Source: Candidatus Wolfebacteria bacterium RIFCSPLOWO2_01_FULL_45_19 (lineage in GTDB: Bacteria > Patescibacteriota > Minisyncoccia > UBA6257 > GWB1-45-9). Taken from it: a stretch of DNA of 64,000 nt. Location of the stretch: NCBI GenBank assembly GCA_001793855.1, contig MGIR01000001.1:8645-72644 (forward strand), read 5' to 3'. The number at the start of each line of letters is the position of its first letter. The stretch's first letter is position 1. Below are positions 1 to 10,052 of the stretch, one piece after another. The notes under the pieces are model-generated. The model did no database searches. It was given only the letters and a program-made list of their open reading frames with translations, and was not told the DNA's origin. Made by a program: the position numbers and the translations under genes.

Positions 1-763
1 CAACGCCTTTTAAATCTTCGTCCAAAGTGTTCTCAAAATAAGGCAGGTGCTTCTTGGGAAAAATACGAATTTCAAACGGCTCGCGAGAAACAAACGGCGC
101 GAAAGCAACGGCGCTGTCATTTTCGTAAATAATTCTCTCTTTCTCCTTCAACTCAAATTCTATCATAACGCAATGCACGCATTTTTTGTTCGCTTGGAAA
201 TAATCCAAAGAACCGCTCAATGAATGTTGTACGTCAGGAGGAACAACGGGAATGGCTATAATTTGATAATGAGGATGATATATGGAAGCGCCCGCGGTAG
301 GACCCCAATTGTGAAAAATGGAAACGTAAGCGATATATTTGTCGTCAAGAAGCATCATGTAGCGATCGCGAAATGCGCGAAAAACAAGTTCGGCGTGTGA
401 AACGGTTAAATTTGGGAAATTTTTGTCGTGGTCGCGAGTTGTAACAACATCATGATATCCGACTCCCGGCAAAATATGATACGGTCCATGTTTCGCGGGA
501 ACGGCTACGATGCGTTCATGGCTGACAGCTGGATATTTATTGGGAATAATCGCCAATTCCCATCCGCGCTTATTCTTATAAACCAAAATCGGCTCCTCAT
601 TTCCCGGCGCTTGAGGATTTTCAAACGGACAACCGCGCGCGGACGCGCCAACACGCTTGATTTTTTTTTGCTTTTCTATCAAGTCGCTTGGGCGGTTGGC
701 GCGGCCCGGCGCCATCACAATCCAGTCACCTGAAACTATGTCTTGTCGTAGTTCAGAATCCAA
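1..763 (-). CDS. galT: galactose-1-phosphate uridylyltransferase (HIT family), 3' end of gene lies beyond window start
   Basis: Minus-strand translation is continuous to the window edge. HPHYQ active-site motif and SGDWIVMAPGRANRP N-terminus resemble E. coli GalT. The track may omit it because it is edge-truncated. The start is probably TTG at 763 or a downstream GTG/ATG. Confidence 0.6.
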   Translation of the reverse strand, partial: MDSELRQDIVSGDWIVMAPGRANRPSDLIEKQKKIKRVGASARGCPFENPQAPGNEEPILVYKNKRGWELAIIPNKYPAVSHERIVAVPAKHGPYHILPGVGYHDVVTTRDHDKNFPNLTVSHAELVFRAFRDRYMMLLDDKYIAYVSIFHNWGPTAGASIYHPHYQIIAIPVVPPDVQHSLSGSLDYFQANKKCVHCVMIEFELKEKERIIYENDSAVAFAPFVSREPFEIRIFPKKHLPYFENTLDEDLKGV

Positions 764-765
764 AG

Positions 766-835
766 TATAGATTTAAGATTTATGATTTAGGATTTAAGAT
801 TCTTACGTCTTAAATCTTACGTCTTAAATCTTTTT
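766..835. repeat. heptamer-tandem palindrome (gatttaN x4 / atcttaN arm) in the galT-mrdA spacer
   Basis: Tandem gatttaagatttatgatttaggatttaagatt is followed by its reverse complement, cttacgtcttaaatcttacgtcttaaatc. Confidence 0.7.
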
Positions 836-2680
836 TAATCTATTTTCATAATACCACCTCAAAACATCCTTAGCCATCGGGACAGAAACAAAAGAGCCCT
901 CCGGTACATCCTCTACAATAATAAGAATAGCGATTTGCGGCTCATCAGTGGGGGCGTAGCCGACAAAAATAGCATTTGCTTTAGCACCGCTGTTTGTTTG
1001 CGCCGTACCGGTTTTCGCCGCGATGCCGAACGATAAATTCGAAAGCAAATGCGCCGTACCGTATGACTGTTTAACCGCATCTTTCATTCCTTCCCTGACT
1101 TCCGTTATGGCATTTCCCCAATCTTGCCGTGAAAGCACTTGCGGTTCGCCCTCAACAAGCCGCGGTTCGTAAAAAGTTCCGCCGTTCGCGATTGCGGCAA
1201 TGTAATTGAGCAATTGAATTGGCGTAACCAAAAAATCACCTTGCCCGATGCTTACGTTGTATGTATCGCCAATACGCCATATCTCGCCCGTGCGCGATTC
1301 TTTATATTCCGGATCAGGAAGCAGTCCCTCCGCTTCTCCAGGCAAATCAATGCCTGTTTTTTTACCAAAACCGAATTTTTCCCACCATTCCTTAAGCTTT
1401 ACTATGCCCAAACCTTTTATATCTTCAAAACCGCCTCCGGCCGCGTAAAAATATATGTTGCTGGAGCGCGCTATTGCCGAACGCAAGTTTACCCAACCGT
1501 GAGGTTTCCAGTCGCGAAAAACGCTCGGCTGTGACGGAAAATAGGGGTTTGGGATTTCAATGAAACCTGCGGAAAAAATATTGGTCTCAGCCGTTACAAC
1601 CCCCTCAATCAAAGAGGCAAGAGCCACAAGCGGCTTAATGGATGAACCAGGATTGTAAATTCCGGAGACGGCGCGGTTAAAAAACGGTTTGCGCGGGTCC
1701 TCTAAAATTTTCTTTCTTTCTTCGCTTCTGTCCGGATAAGAAAAAGCGTTGGCCTCATAATTCGGAAAGCTGAACAAACTTAGGATTTCTCCGTTTTGCG
1801 GATTAATGGCGATGCCTACGCCGGAAGAACGTCCGAGCGCGGACAGCGTTTCCTTAAAACGTTGGAAAAAGTATTTTTGAAATTCCGCGTCAATTGTCAA
1901 TTTAAGAACCGTGCCGTCTTTCGGTTCAACGACCATTTGTTCGCCAAGCCGTTCACCCATCGCGTTTCTATAAATTATAAATCTGCCGCCTTCCCCTCTT
2001 AACACACCGTCATATTGCAATTCCAAACCGCCCCTGCCTATCAAGTCATTCGTATAAAGAGAGGGATTTTTGGCGATATCTTCCCGCGAGACCATTCCGA
2101 CATATCCAAGCACAGAAGAAAAAACCGGGTCGTCTTCATAATTTCTTATATAGTCCTCGCTTATTACAAAAATGGACGGGCTGAAACTTTTTATGCGTAT
2201 AACTTGTTCGTACGTTATTCCGCGAGCGATAAGAATTTCAGGATTTTTCTCAATATTCGTTTCTTTCAGCAATGATTTGAGTGAATCGCCGTCAATCAAC
2301 TTCGCCGTCTCAAGAGCGCCAATAATCGCTTCTTGTTCCTCTGAGGAGGCCTTTATAAATTTATGAGTCCGCAAACGCACATTAAATCCGGGAATGTTTT
2401 TTACAAGCGGGTTGTCAAAACGGTCAAGAAACAGACCCCGTTGCGCCTCGATTATTCTGACTTCATTTGCGTTGGCTTCGGCGCGCCTGCCGTAAAATTC
2501 TCCCTTGACGTAAACAAGATATAAAGAGCGCCCCGCTGCCATTATGGTGGCGGCCACTATTATTAACGCGAGAAGACGCAATGCCGATTCGGAAAGTGGG
2601 AGCTCTATCGTTTCCTCGTCTTTCGCGACTATCGCATCTTCAAGGTTCGGAGGAGGACTATTTTTTCTTCGCCAAAACAT
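824..2680 (-). CDS. mrdA: penicillin-binding protein 2 (peptidoglycan D,D-transpeptidase)
   Basis: SSIK (SxxK) and KTGTA motifs are present. It sits downstream of mreBCD. Confidence 0.8.
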   Translation of the reverse strand: MFWRRKNSPPPNLEDAIVAKDEETIELPLSESALRLLALIIVAATIMAAGRSLYLVYVKGEFYGRRAEANANEVRIIEAQRGLFLDRFDNPLVKNIPGFNVRLRTHKFIKASSEEQEAIIGALETAKLIDGDSLKSLLKETNIEKNPEILIARGITYEQVIRIKSFSPSIFVISEDYIRNYEDDPVFSSVLGYVGMVSREDIAKNPSLYTNDLIGRGGLELQYDGVLRGEGGRFIIYRNAMGERLGEQMVVEPKDGTVLKLTIDAEFQKYFFQRFKETLSALGRSSGVGIAINPQNGEILSLFSFPNYEANAFSYPDRSEERKKILEDPRKPFFNRAVSGIYNPGSSIKPLVALASLIEGVVTAETNIFSAGFIEIPNPYFPSQPSVFRDWKPHGWVNLRSAIARSSNIYFYAAGGGFEDIKGLGIVKLKEWWEKFGFGKKTGIDLPGEAEGLLPDPEYKESRTGEIWRIGDTYNVSIGQGDFLVTPIQLLNYIAAIANGGTFYEPRLVEGEPQVLSRQDWGNAITEVREGMKDAVKQSYGTAHLLSNLSFGIAAKTGTAQTNSGAKANAIFVGYAPTDEPQIAILIIVEDVPEGSFVSVPMAKDVLRWYYENRLKKI

Positions 2681-3098
2681 TAATTTTGAAATTCTTTACA
2701 ACGAAAAAGACTGCTAAAGCTATGGCAATATTCATGGCCGCCTCCGTTAAGTACTGATAAAAACCGGGCGGCAAAAAAACAAGAGTCGCGACCGCCGCGG
2801 CCGCTACAACGAATATGACGCTACCACGGCGAAAATAGTTCGCCGCAAAAATAAGCGCGGCTCCGGCGGCTATAAACAAAATTATTTCCATTTCAAAAAA
2901 TGCCTCGGTTTTCAACACAAAAGCGCCAAAAGACAAAAAGCCGGCGTTAACAAAAAAATTCTGGCTGAAAACAACCAGTGCCGCGAAAACCGCGAGAACC
3001 CAATTCGGCTTAACTCCCCAGACATTAAAAAATCCATACTGCAAAAAAACCGCCATTAAAATAAGAAAAAGGAAAAAGGCCTCACGTTTCATAATCAA
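2658..3098 (-). CDS. mreD: rod shape-determining protein MreD (polytopic membrane protein)
   Basis: Hydrophobic 146 aa protein between mreC and mrdA. Confidence 0.55.
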   Translation of the reverse strand: MIMKREAFFLFLILMAVFLQYGFFNVWGVKPNWVLAVFAALVVFSQNFFVNAGFLSFGAFVLKTEAFFEMEIILFIAAGAALIFAANYFRRGSVIFVVAAAAVATLVFLPPGFYQYLTEAAMNIAIALAVFFVVKNFKINVLAKKK

Positions 3099-3771
3099 TC
3101 ACGTAAATTACTCGCAATTTATTGAGCGAATACGGAATCTCTATACTCGCGGACTTGAAACTTTCTGCCGGAGTGTCAAATACTTCTCCAACCAAACCGA
3201 TGGATAGGCCGTATGGAAAACGCGAATCGGCCAAAACAACCGGAGCGCCTTCGAAAATATTTTCATCTTTTCCAATCATGGTCAGCAATGGATGGTTACC
3301 GCCTCGTAAAAAAGCGTCTATTTCTTCTGCGCCGATGCGAACCGAGATTTCAAAATCCTGGTCAAAAATAGTCCTGACTGAGCTTGTCTTTTCGGACACT
3401 CTGCTCACAAAACCAACAAGCACCTTCTCCCGGGTAACGACCGGCGCCACTTCTTTGATGCCGTCGGCTGTTCCGCCTTGAATTATAAGTTCATTTCGCG
3501 TGTTAAACGGATAACTGGAGTAAACGCGAACAGAAATAAATCCCTCGGTCTCGTTCGGGATATAATTTTCTTCCAACGCAAGCCGGCTCTTCAAAACGGT
3601 ATTTTCTGCCCTGAGTGTTTCCAATTCTTCGGAAACAGCCGAAGAAAAAAAATCGCCCAAACCGATATATAAAGAGCCAAGCGCAACGTTTTTGAGATCA
3701 ACAGCGAAACTTCCAGCGAAAGCAACGACAAGAAAGATGATTGCTAAAAACGAAAATAAATAATTCTTCAT
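3082..3771 (-). CDS. mreC: rod shape-determining protein MreC
   Basis: N-terminal TM segment plus coiled-coil. Position between mreB and mreD. Confidence 0.65.
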   Translation of the reverse strand: MKNYLFSFLAIIFLVVAFAGSFAVDLKNVALGSLYIGLGDFFSSAVSEELETLRAENTVLKSRLALEENYIPNETEGFISVRVYSSYPFNTRNELIIQGGTADGIKEVAPVVTREKVLVGFVSRVSEKTSSVRTIFDQDFEISVRIGAEEIDAFLRGGNHPLLTMIGKDENIFEGAPVVLADSRFPYGLSIGLVGEVFDTPAESFKSASIEIPYSLNKLRVIYVIDYET

Positions 3772-3774
3772 GCT

Positions 3775-4815
3775 TCATGATATGTCCTTTGGTTGCATGG
3801 GCACATTTAGAATATTCTTATAAAATTCAAGCTTCTCTATCGCGACGCCAGTGCCGCGCACAACGCAAGTTAGAGGGTCATCAATCACAACGGTTTTAAC
3901 ACCAAGCTCTTTTTCTATAAGCTGATCCATGCCTCTCAACAAACTGCCGCCGCCGCAAAGATGCACTCCGCTTTTCAGCGTATCGCCTACCAATTCCGGC
4001 GGAGTCATTTCTATAACGTCTCGAATGGCGTCTATTATCAAACGGAGAGAACGCGACATCGCCACGCGCGCCTGAGTATTTTTTATGTTAATTTCTCTCG
4101 GCAAGCCCGTTGCCATATCCCTGCCCCTGATAAGCATTTCAAGACGTTCGTCTATCGGCGTTGCGGAGCCGACTGTTTTTTTTATTTCCTCTGCCGTTGG
4201 CTCGCCTATCGCAAGCTTGAATTCTTCACGAACGAAACGAATCAGATCTTCATTTAATTTTTCTCCCGCGACTTTCAAGCTTAGCGCAGTGACTATTCCC
4301 CCAGTCGATATAACCGCGATTTCCGTGGTGCCGCCGCCTATATCAACTATCATGCTCGCGGTTGATTCGTTTATCGGCAAATCCGCGCCAAGCGCCGCGG
4401 CAAGCGGCTCTTCAATAATATATGCCCTGGCGGCTCCGGCACCGAGAACGGCGTCTTCCACCGACTTGCGCTCAACTTCGGTCAAATTGATCGGAACGCC
4501 TATAACCGCACGGCGATACCTGAAAAAACTGCTTCCAAGCTTTTGAAAAAATTTCTGAAGCATTTCCTGCGCCATATCAAAATCTGATATAACTCCGTTT
4601 ACCAGCGGCTTAACAACCTCTATATGAGATGGGGTGCGGCCAAGCATTCGACTGGCTTCGTGTCCTATCGCGTGTATCTGACTTGTTTTTGTATTCAGGG
4701 CGACCATCGACGGCTCGTTTATGACAATTCCTCTGCCAACTTGATAAATGAGCGAATTAGCGGTTCCAAGGTCAACTCCAAAATCTTGTGAAGCAAATTT
4801 TAAAAATTTAGTCAT
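3775..4815 (-). CDS. mreB: rod shape-determining actin homologue MreB
   Basis: DLGTANSLIY and the full actin fold signature. Confidence 0.9.
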   Translation of the reverse strand: MTKFLKFASQDFGVDLGTANSLIYQVGRGIVINEPSMVALNTKTSQIHAIGHEASRMLGRTPSHIEVVKPLVNGVISDFDMAQEMLQKFFQKLGSSFFRYRRAVIGVPINLTEVERKSVEDAVLGAGAARAYIIEEPLAAALGADLPINESTASMIVDIGGGTTEIAVISTGGIVTALSLKVAGEKLNEDLIRFVREEFKLAIGEPTAEEIKKTVGSATPIDERLEMLIRGRDMATGLPREINIKNTQARVAMSRSLRLIIDAIRDVIEMTPPELVGDTLKSGVHLCGGGSLLRGMDQLIEKELGVKTVVIDDPLTCVVRGTGVAIEKLEFYKNILNVPMQPKDIS

Positions 4816-4839
4816 ATTTTAACTGATACTACGCCAGTA

Positions 4840-6093
4840 TTATAATAATTTCAATATCTTCTCCAAATTCATCGTCCGCATTTCATCAGAATCACGCCGC
4901 TTAACTTCAATCTCATTTTTTGTCTTGTCGCTGATTACCAGCCTGTACGGAATGCCAATCAGGTCGGCGTCGTTGAATTTTTCTCCGGCACTCACGCCTT
5001 CGCGGTCGTCATACAATACTTCAACTCCCGCCTTTTGCAATTTGTCATATATTTTCTGCCCTCTGTCTTCTGTTTTCTGTTTTCTATTTATTGAAATCAG
5101 ATGCGCTTTAAACGGCGCAATGTTCTCCGGCCAGACTATCCCCCTTCCGTCATGAAAAACTTCCACAGCGGTTCCCATCGTGCGACCGAGACCTATGCCG
5201 TATGATCCCATAACAACGTATTTTTTTTCGCCTCGCTCATCGGTGAACCGCAAATTAAACGCCTCAGAATATTTAGTGCCTAAAGGAAAAATATTCCCAA
5301 CTTCAATAGCGCGCTTCTCCATTACCGCGCCTCCACATTTCGGACATTTGTCTCCGGTTTTAAGTTTTGATATTTCTTTATTTTCCGCGTACTCGCACTT
5401 TTCGCAGACGCAAATGGTATCCTCGCCAACGTCGGCAAGAATTTGGAATTCGTGGGTGTTGCTTACGGTAAATTCACCGCCGGCGGCCAAGGTGTAAATT
5501 GATTTAAGGCCGCAACGTTTAAATATTTTATGGTAGGCCTTGGCGACTTTTTGATAATATTTATTCAGATCATTTTCAGAAACGTGGAAGCTATACAAAT
5601 CCTTCATTAAAAACTCACGCCCTCTCAACAGGCCGGATTTGGCTCGCGGCTCATGCCGGAATTTGGTCTGAATCTGATAGGCGGCAAGTGGCAAATCTTG
5701 ATAAGAATTGACGTAACTCGCGGCAATTTCGGCAATAACCTCTTCGTGAGTCCAGCTTATGTTGAAAGACGGCTCGTCTTCGTTTCCGGCAAACACTTTA
5801 TACACCACTCCGACATCCCATCGCCCGGTCGCGGTTAAATAACGCTTGTCATGCAGGGCGGCCATCAACATTTCCTGACCACCGATGGCATCCATCTCTC
5901 CGCGAATAATATCCGCGATTTTTTTAAGCACCCGCCAGCCCAAAGGCAAAAAAGAATAAACGCCCGCGGAATTTTTGTACACAAAACCTCCGCGCGTAAG
6001 CAGTTTAGCGTTAACCGATTCTTCGTCCTTCGGCGCCTCCCGCCTTGTTTTTGAAAAAAGTTCTGATTGTCTCACGCAATCATTATAAAACAC
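4840..6093 (-). CDS. proS: prolyl-tRNA synthetase (short form without editing insertion)
   Basis: Class II motif 2 FRHEPRAKSGLLRGREFLMKDLYSF matches ProRS. C-terminal CxxC..CxxC. Confidence 0.75.
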   Translation of the reverse strand: MFYNDCVRQSELFSKTRREAPKDEESVNAKLLTRGGFVYKNSAGVYSFLPLGWRVLKKIADIIRGEMDAIGGQEMLMAALHDKRYLTATGRWDVGVVYKVFAGNEDEPSFNISWTHEEVIAEIAASYVNSYQDLPLAAYQIQTKFRHEPRAKSGLLRGREFLMKDLYSFHVSENDLNKYYQKVAKAYHKIFKRCGLKSIYTLAAGGEFTVSNTHEFQILADVGEDTICVCEKCEYAENKEISKLKTGDKCPKCGGAVMEKRAIEVGNIFPLGTKYSEAFNLRFTDERGEKKYVVMGSYGIGLGRTMGTAVEVFHDGRGIVWPENIAPFKAHLISINRKQKTEDRGQKIYDKLQKAGVEVLYDDREGVSAGEKFNDADLIGIPYRLVISDKTKNEIEVKRRDSDEMRTMNLEKILKLL

Positions 6094-6907
6094 AAAATTA
6101 TTTTAGTCATGCCCAATAATTAGGGCTTACGAAGCTCTAAATATTACTCCAAAGTTATTTGCGATATATCGCGTGAATCCATCTCCTTGAGCCAGCTCGT
6201 CATTGATTTTTTATACTGCTCCGGCCCATCAAAAAATTTAAGCAAGAGATCTCTCTGCGTTACGGAGGGAAAATTCTTTTTACCGATATAATCCGGAAAA
6301 CTGCTCCATCGGTAGTTTTCTAAATAGGCAAACGCTTTTTTATAATCTTTGACATCTCGCTCTCTCCAATTTGGCGCGAAATAATCAAGCGGATTGCAGT
6401 GAATATAAAATGGGAGGTGAATAAAATGCGCGTCATTATCGACGGCGATACATTTATATCTTCCTTCAAAAAGCGCGCCGGCTCTTTTGTATTTTAGATT
6501 AAAATAATTCGCGTATCCCATATTCAATCGCCGCATAAAAAGCGTCAACCATTCTTTAGAGCGCGCCCTGACGAGTAAATGATAATGATTTTTCATTAAA
6601 CAAAAAGTTAACATCTCAGCCAACAATATCCGCGGCCTTCGCTGTTTTTGTTGCCTCTCAATATTAGGGCTTGCGAAGCCCGAAGGATTAGTTTTGAAAA
6701 GATAGGTATTATTTGGAAGCGGCTGAGCGTCGTTAAATTCAAATAAATTATGAATAAATCTCATAAAATCCTCTTCATCCAAAAAAAGTTTTCTTTTGTC
6801 AACTCCTCTGCTTAAAATGTGGTAAATATTTCCAGGTATAATTTGCGGCCTCATAATAAACATACTCTAGCGCAACACTTAGGGCTTCGCAAGCCCTAAG
6901 TGTTGCG
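6094..6907. mobile_element. REP/RAYT unit: IS200-like tyrosine transposase gene flanked by TTAGGGCTT-NGC-AAGCCCTAA hairpins
   Basis: Hairpins at ~6100-6128 and 6871-6907 (16-17 bp stem), plus a third copy inside the ORF at ~6663-6683. Confidence 0.6.
6144..6863 (-). CDS. REP-associated tyrosine transposase (RAYT, IS200/IS605 Y1 family)
   Basis: YHILSRG and NHYHLLV HuH motif. Confidence 0.7.
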   Translation of the reverse strand: MFIMRPQIIPGNIYHILSRGVDKRKLFLDEEDFMRFIHNLFEFNDAQPLPNNTYLFKTNPSGFASPNIERQQKQRRPRILLAEMLTFCLMKNHYHLLVRARSKEWLTLFMRRLNMGYANYFNLKYKRAGALFEGRYKCIAVDNDAHFIHLPFYIHCNPLDYFAPNWRERDVKDYKKAFAYLENYRWSSFPDYIGKKNFPSVTQRDLLLKFFDGPEQYKKSMTSWLKEMDSRDISQITLE

Positions 6908-6941
6908 GCGCAGACTCAATTCCGCTTACAATATAAGCGGA

Positions 6942-8240
6942 ATGGCGAAATTTCTTACACAAGGCGGGCGGGCACTAAATGGTGAGATAACTTTGGCCGG
7001 GGCGAAAAACGCGGCGACCAAAATGCTGGTCGCTTCTCTGCTGACTGACGAGCAGTGCGAATTTGAAAACTTTCCTGAAATCGGCGACACGGAAATAACC
7101 GCGGAATTGTGCCGGACAATCGGCAGTGAAATTAAAATCAAAAACAATAAAGCCGTCATTCGCACTCCGCGAATAAAACAAACTTCCGCGGTTTCCCTCA
7201 GCAGAAAAAATCGCATTCCCATATTAACTTTGGGACCCCTGCTCGCGCGCGCGAGCGAAGCGGAAATACCCATTTTGGGCGGAGACAAAATCGGACCGCG
7301 TCCCGTGGACATCCATTTGGAAGCGCTTAGAAGCATGGGGGCTGAAATAGAAGCAACGGAAAATGGATACAAGGCGCGAGCTCCGCGCGGCCTGCGCGGT
7401 GCGAATCTGTCTTTTCTCCATCCGAGTGTCGGAGCCACAGAGAACGTCATTCTCGCGGCGACGCTCGCGAAAGGCAAAACAAGAATCCACAACGCGGCGA
7501 TTGAACCGGAAATAATCAGCTTGATAGAAATGCTCCAAAAAATGGGGGCTATAATAGAATTAGGCGCGAACCGAACAGTTTATGTTGAAGGCGTTGAAAA
7601 ACTGCGCGGCGCGAAACATGCCGTAATTCCGGACAGAAACGAAGCGGTTTCATTCGCTTGCCTAGCCGCGGCAACCGGAGGAAAAATAAAAATAAAAGGC
7701 GCGCGGCAAAATCATTTGATAACCTTTCTAAACGCTTTCAGAAAAATCGGGGGCGAATACGAAGTCGACGACGACGGCATAATTTTTTGGAAAAACGGCG
7801 CTCTTCACGGCATAGAAATTGAAACGGACGCACACCCAGGCTTTATGACCGATTGGCAACAACCATTCGCCATTCTTCTTACGCAGGCTAAAGGAACATC
7901 GGTGATTCACGAAACCATATACGAAAATCGCTTTGGTTACGCCAAAGACTTGAATACGCTCGGCGCGAACATACAAATATTTACGAAATGCCTCGGCGAA
8001 TTGCCTTGCCGCTTCAACGGGATGAATCTAAGTCACAGCGCGACAATACACGGAGCGACTCCATTGCGCGGTTCAAAGCTCATAGTGCGCGATTTGCGGT
8101 CGGGCATCGCCCACGTTATCGCGGCGCTTGTCGCATCCGGAGAATCCGTGATTGAAGGAATTGAAGAAATAGACCGCGGATATGAGAAAATAGACGAACG
8201 GCTTAGAACGCTTGGAGCCAAGATTGAGAGAATTTCATAA
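6942..8240 (+). CDS. murA: UDP-N-acetylglucosamine 1-carboxyvinyltransferase
   Basis: MAKFLTQGG...LAGAKNAATK N-terminus. The track ORF starts at 6900, but that extension overlaps the strong hairpin at 6871-6907, so the start is set at 6942. Confidence 0.85.
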   Translation: MAKFLTQGGRALNGEITLAGAKNAATKMLVASLLTDEQCEFENFPEIGDTEITAELCRTIGSEIKIKNNKAVIRTPRIKQTSAVSLSRKNRIPILTLGPLLARASEAEIPILGGDKIGPRPVDIHLEALRSMGAEIEATENGYKARAPRGLRGANLSFLHPSVGATENVILAATLAKGKTRIHNAAIEPEIISLIEMLQKMGAIIELGANRTVYVEGVEKLRGAKHAVIPDRNEAVSFACLAAATGGKIKIKGARQNHLITFLNAFRKIGGEYEVDDDGIIFWKNGALHGIEIETDAHPGFMTDWQQPFAILLTQAKGTSVIHETIYENRFGYAKDLNTLGANIQIFTKCLGELPCRFNGMNLSHSATIHGATPLRGSKLIVRDLRSGIAHVIAALVASGESVIEGIEEIDRGYEKIDERLRTLGAKIERIS

Positions 8241-8358
8241 TTGACTTACTATCAATTTAATGTAAAATTCAAAAATCAAAGTGCAAAATGACAATATAAA
8301 ATTTTAAAATTTTTAACTGTTGTTTTTCATTTTGATATTTACATTTTAAATTTTAACT

Positions 8359-9369
8359 ATGTTTACTCGCAAAATCGGCATAGACCTTGGAACCGCGAAC
8401 ACTATCATATTCGTGCCCGGACGCGGTTTTATAATAAACGAACCAACCATAGTCGCGCTTAACAATTCAGACAATTCGGTTTTGGCGGTTGGCCGCGAAG
8501 CCAAAGAAATGCTCGGACGCACGCCGGAAGACATCACCGCTTACCGCCCTCTTAAAGACGGGGTAATAGCCGACTACTACATAACCAAGGCGATGCTCAA
8601 ATATTTCATCGCCAAAGCCGTCGGCCGTTTCAATTTGTCACGTCCCGACATCGTAATATCCGTTCCAGCCGGCATAACCACCACAGAACGCCGCGCGGTT
8701 ATAAACGCCGCCAAAGAAGCCGGGGCACAAGAGGCATATCCGGTAAAGGAACCCATACTCGCCGCGCTCGGCGCCGGCATTCCAGTAAACGCCCACCATT
8801 CCGGCAATATGATAATAAATATAGGAGGAGGCACTTCGGAGGTAGCCGTTATTTCACTCGGAGGTATCGTGTCATATGCAAGCCAGCGCGTAGCCGGCAA
8901 CAAGTTTGACCAGGCAATCATAAATTATCTGCGTAAAAAATATTCTTTGGCGATAGGAGAACAAACCGCGGAAACTATAAAAATAGAAATCGGTTCCGCC
9001 CTGCCTATAAAAAACAAACTGGAATTCAAACTACGTGGAAGGGATTGCATAACCGGATTGCCCAGAGACCTCGTGGTCAATTCCAATGAAATAGCCGAAG
9101 CGCTTACCCCACATCTTGTGGACATCGCCTCAGCCGCGCAGGGTGTTTTCAACGAAACTCCACCGGAACTAGTGGCGGATATAATGGAAAAAGGCCTAAT
9201 AATTTCCGGTGGCGGCGCGCAGTTAAGGCACATAAACGAGTTCTTTGAACGCGCCGTAGGAGTTCCGTCTTATATAGCCGAAGAACCGCTGTTTTGCGTG
9301 GCAAAAGGAACCGGACTTATACTGTCACACTTGGACGTGTATAAACGAACATTGTTGAACAGAAGATGA
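8359..9369 (+). CDS. second MreB/Mbl-like actin homologue
   Basis: IGIDLGTANTIIF. Paralogue of the 3775-4815 gene. Confidence 0.85.
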   Translation: MFTRKIGIDLGTANTIIFVPGRGFIINEPTIVALNNSDNSVLAVGREAKEMLGRTPEDITAYRPLKDGVIADYYITKAMLKYFIAKAVGRFNLSRPDIVISVPAGITTTERRAVINAAKEAGAQEAYPVKEPILAALGAGIPVNAHHSGNMIINIGGGTSEVAVISLGGIVSYASQRVAGNKFDQAIINYLRKKYSLAIGEQTAETIKIEIGSALPIKNKLEFKLRGRDCITGLPRDLVVNSNEIAEALTPHLVDIASAAQGVFNETPPELVADIMEKGLIISGGGAQLRHINEFFERAVGVPSYIAEEPLFCVAKGTGLILSHLDVYKRTLLNRR

Positions 9370-10052
9370 AACGGGACAAGCTTGAATATTTCAAGAAATT
9401 GCTTGAAAACGGCAAACTTGGTCATACTTATCTTTTTTGGGGAGAAGCAGGCGCAGAAAAATTCGCTTTCGCGAAAAAGTTGATTTCGTTATGGGATGCA
9501 AAATTTCTCGAGACCGCGATTTTGGAAGCTGACAAAGGCGGTACGATAGGCATAGACAAAACAAGGTTCGCCAAACAATTTCTTTTCCAAAAACCTCTCT
9601 ACGCGCCGAGACGCGCGGTAATAATAAACGAAATGGAAAACCTGACGGACGAAGCCCAGAACTCTCTGCTCAAACTCGCGGAAGAGCCGCCGGGAACCTC
9701 TTTGCTTATTGGCATCGCCGTCAACCCAGAAAATTTATTTACGACTCTGTCTTCGCGTTTTTTAAAATTTTATTTCGGAAAAGTTCCGCACGCCGACGGC
9801 TATAACGATAACGCTGTCGCCTTTTTAAAAAATAAGCCGGCACGCGGCAAAATAATAGAAAAAGTGCTGGAAGACGAAAAAGAGAACGAATTTTTTGAAG
9901 GGCTTTTAATAATTTTACGGCGTGATATAATGACCAACTGGCGGCTCATCAAATTCGTAAACGAACGGATTGGGCTAATGCGGCGCTACCAAACCAATAA
10001 AAAACTCCAGCTTCAAGCCATCAAAGAGTTCGTAGACAAACATGGAAGATAA
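9366..10052 (+). CDS. holB: DNA polymerase III delta-prime-like clamp-loader subunit (short)
   Basis: GHTYLFWG P-loop-like box N-terminus typical of HolB. Confidence 0.5.
   Translation: MKRDKLEYFKKLLENGKLGHTYLFWGEAGAEKFAFAKKLISLWDAKFLETAILEADKGGTIGIDKTRFAKQFLFQKPLYAPRRAVIINEMENLTDEAQNSLLKLAEEPPGTSLLIGIAVNPENLFTTLSSRFLKFYFGKVPHADGYNDNAVAFLKNKPARGKIIEKVLEDEKENEFFEGLLIILRRDIMTNWRLIKFVNERIGLMRRYQTNKKLQLQAIKEFVDKHGR

Noticed and set aside
428-733. 101-aa plus-strand ORF
   Set aside because: It lies antisense within a well-supported galT reading frame (HPHYQ motif) on the minus strand, and has no recognisable features.
6926-7538. Minus-strand ORFs of 188 and 104 aa inside murA
   Set aside because: They are antisense to a full-length, well-conserved MurA. 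They are low-complexity Arg/Ser-rich translations typical of antisense frames.
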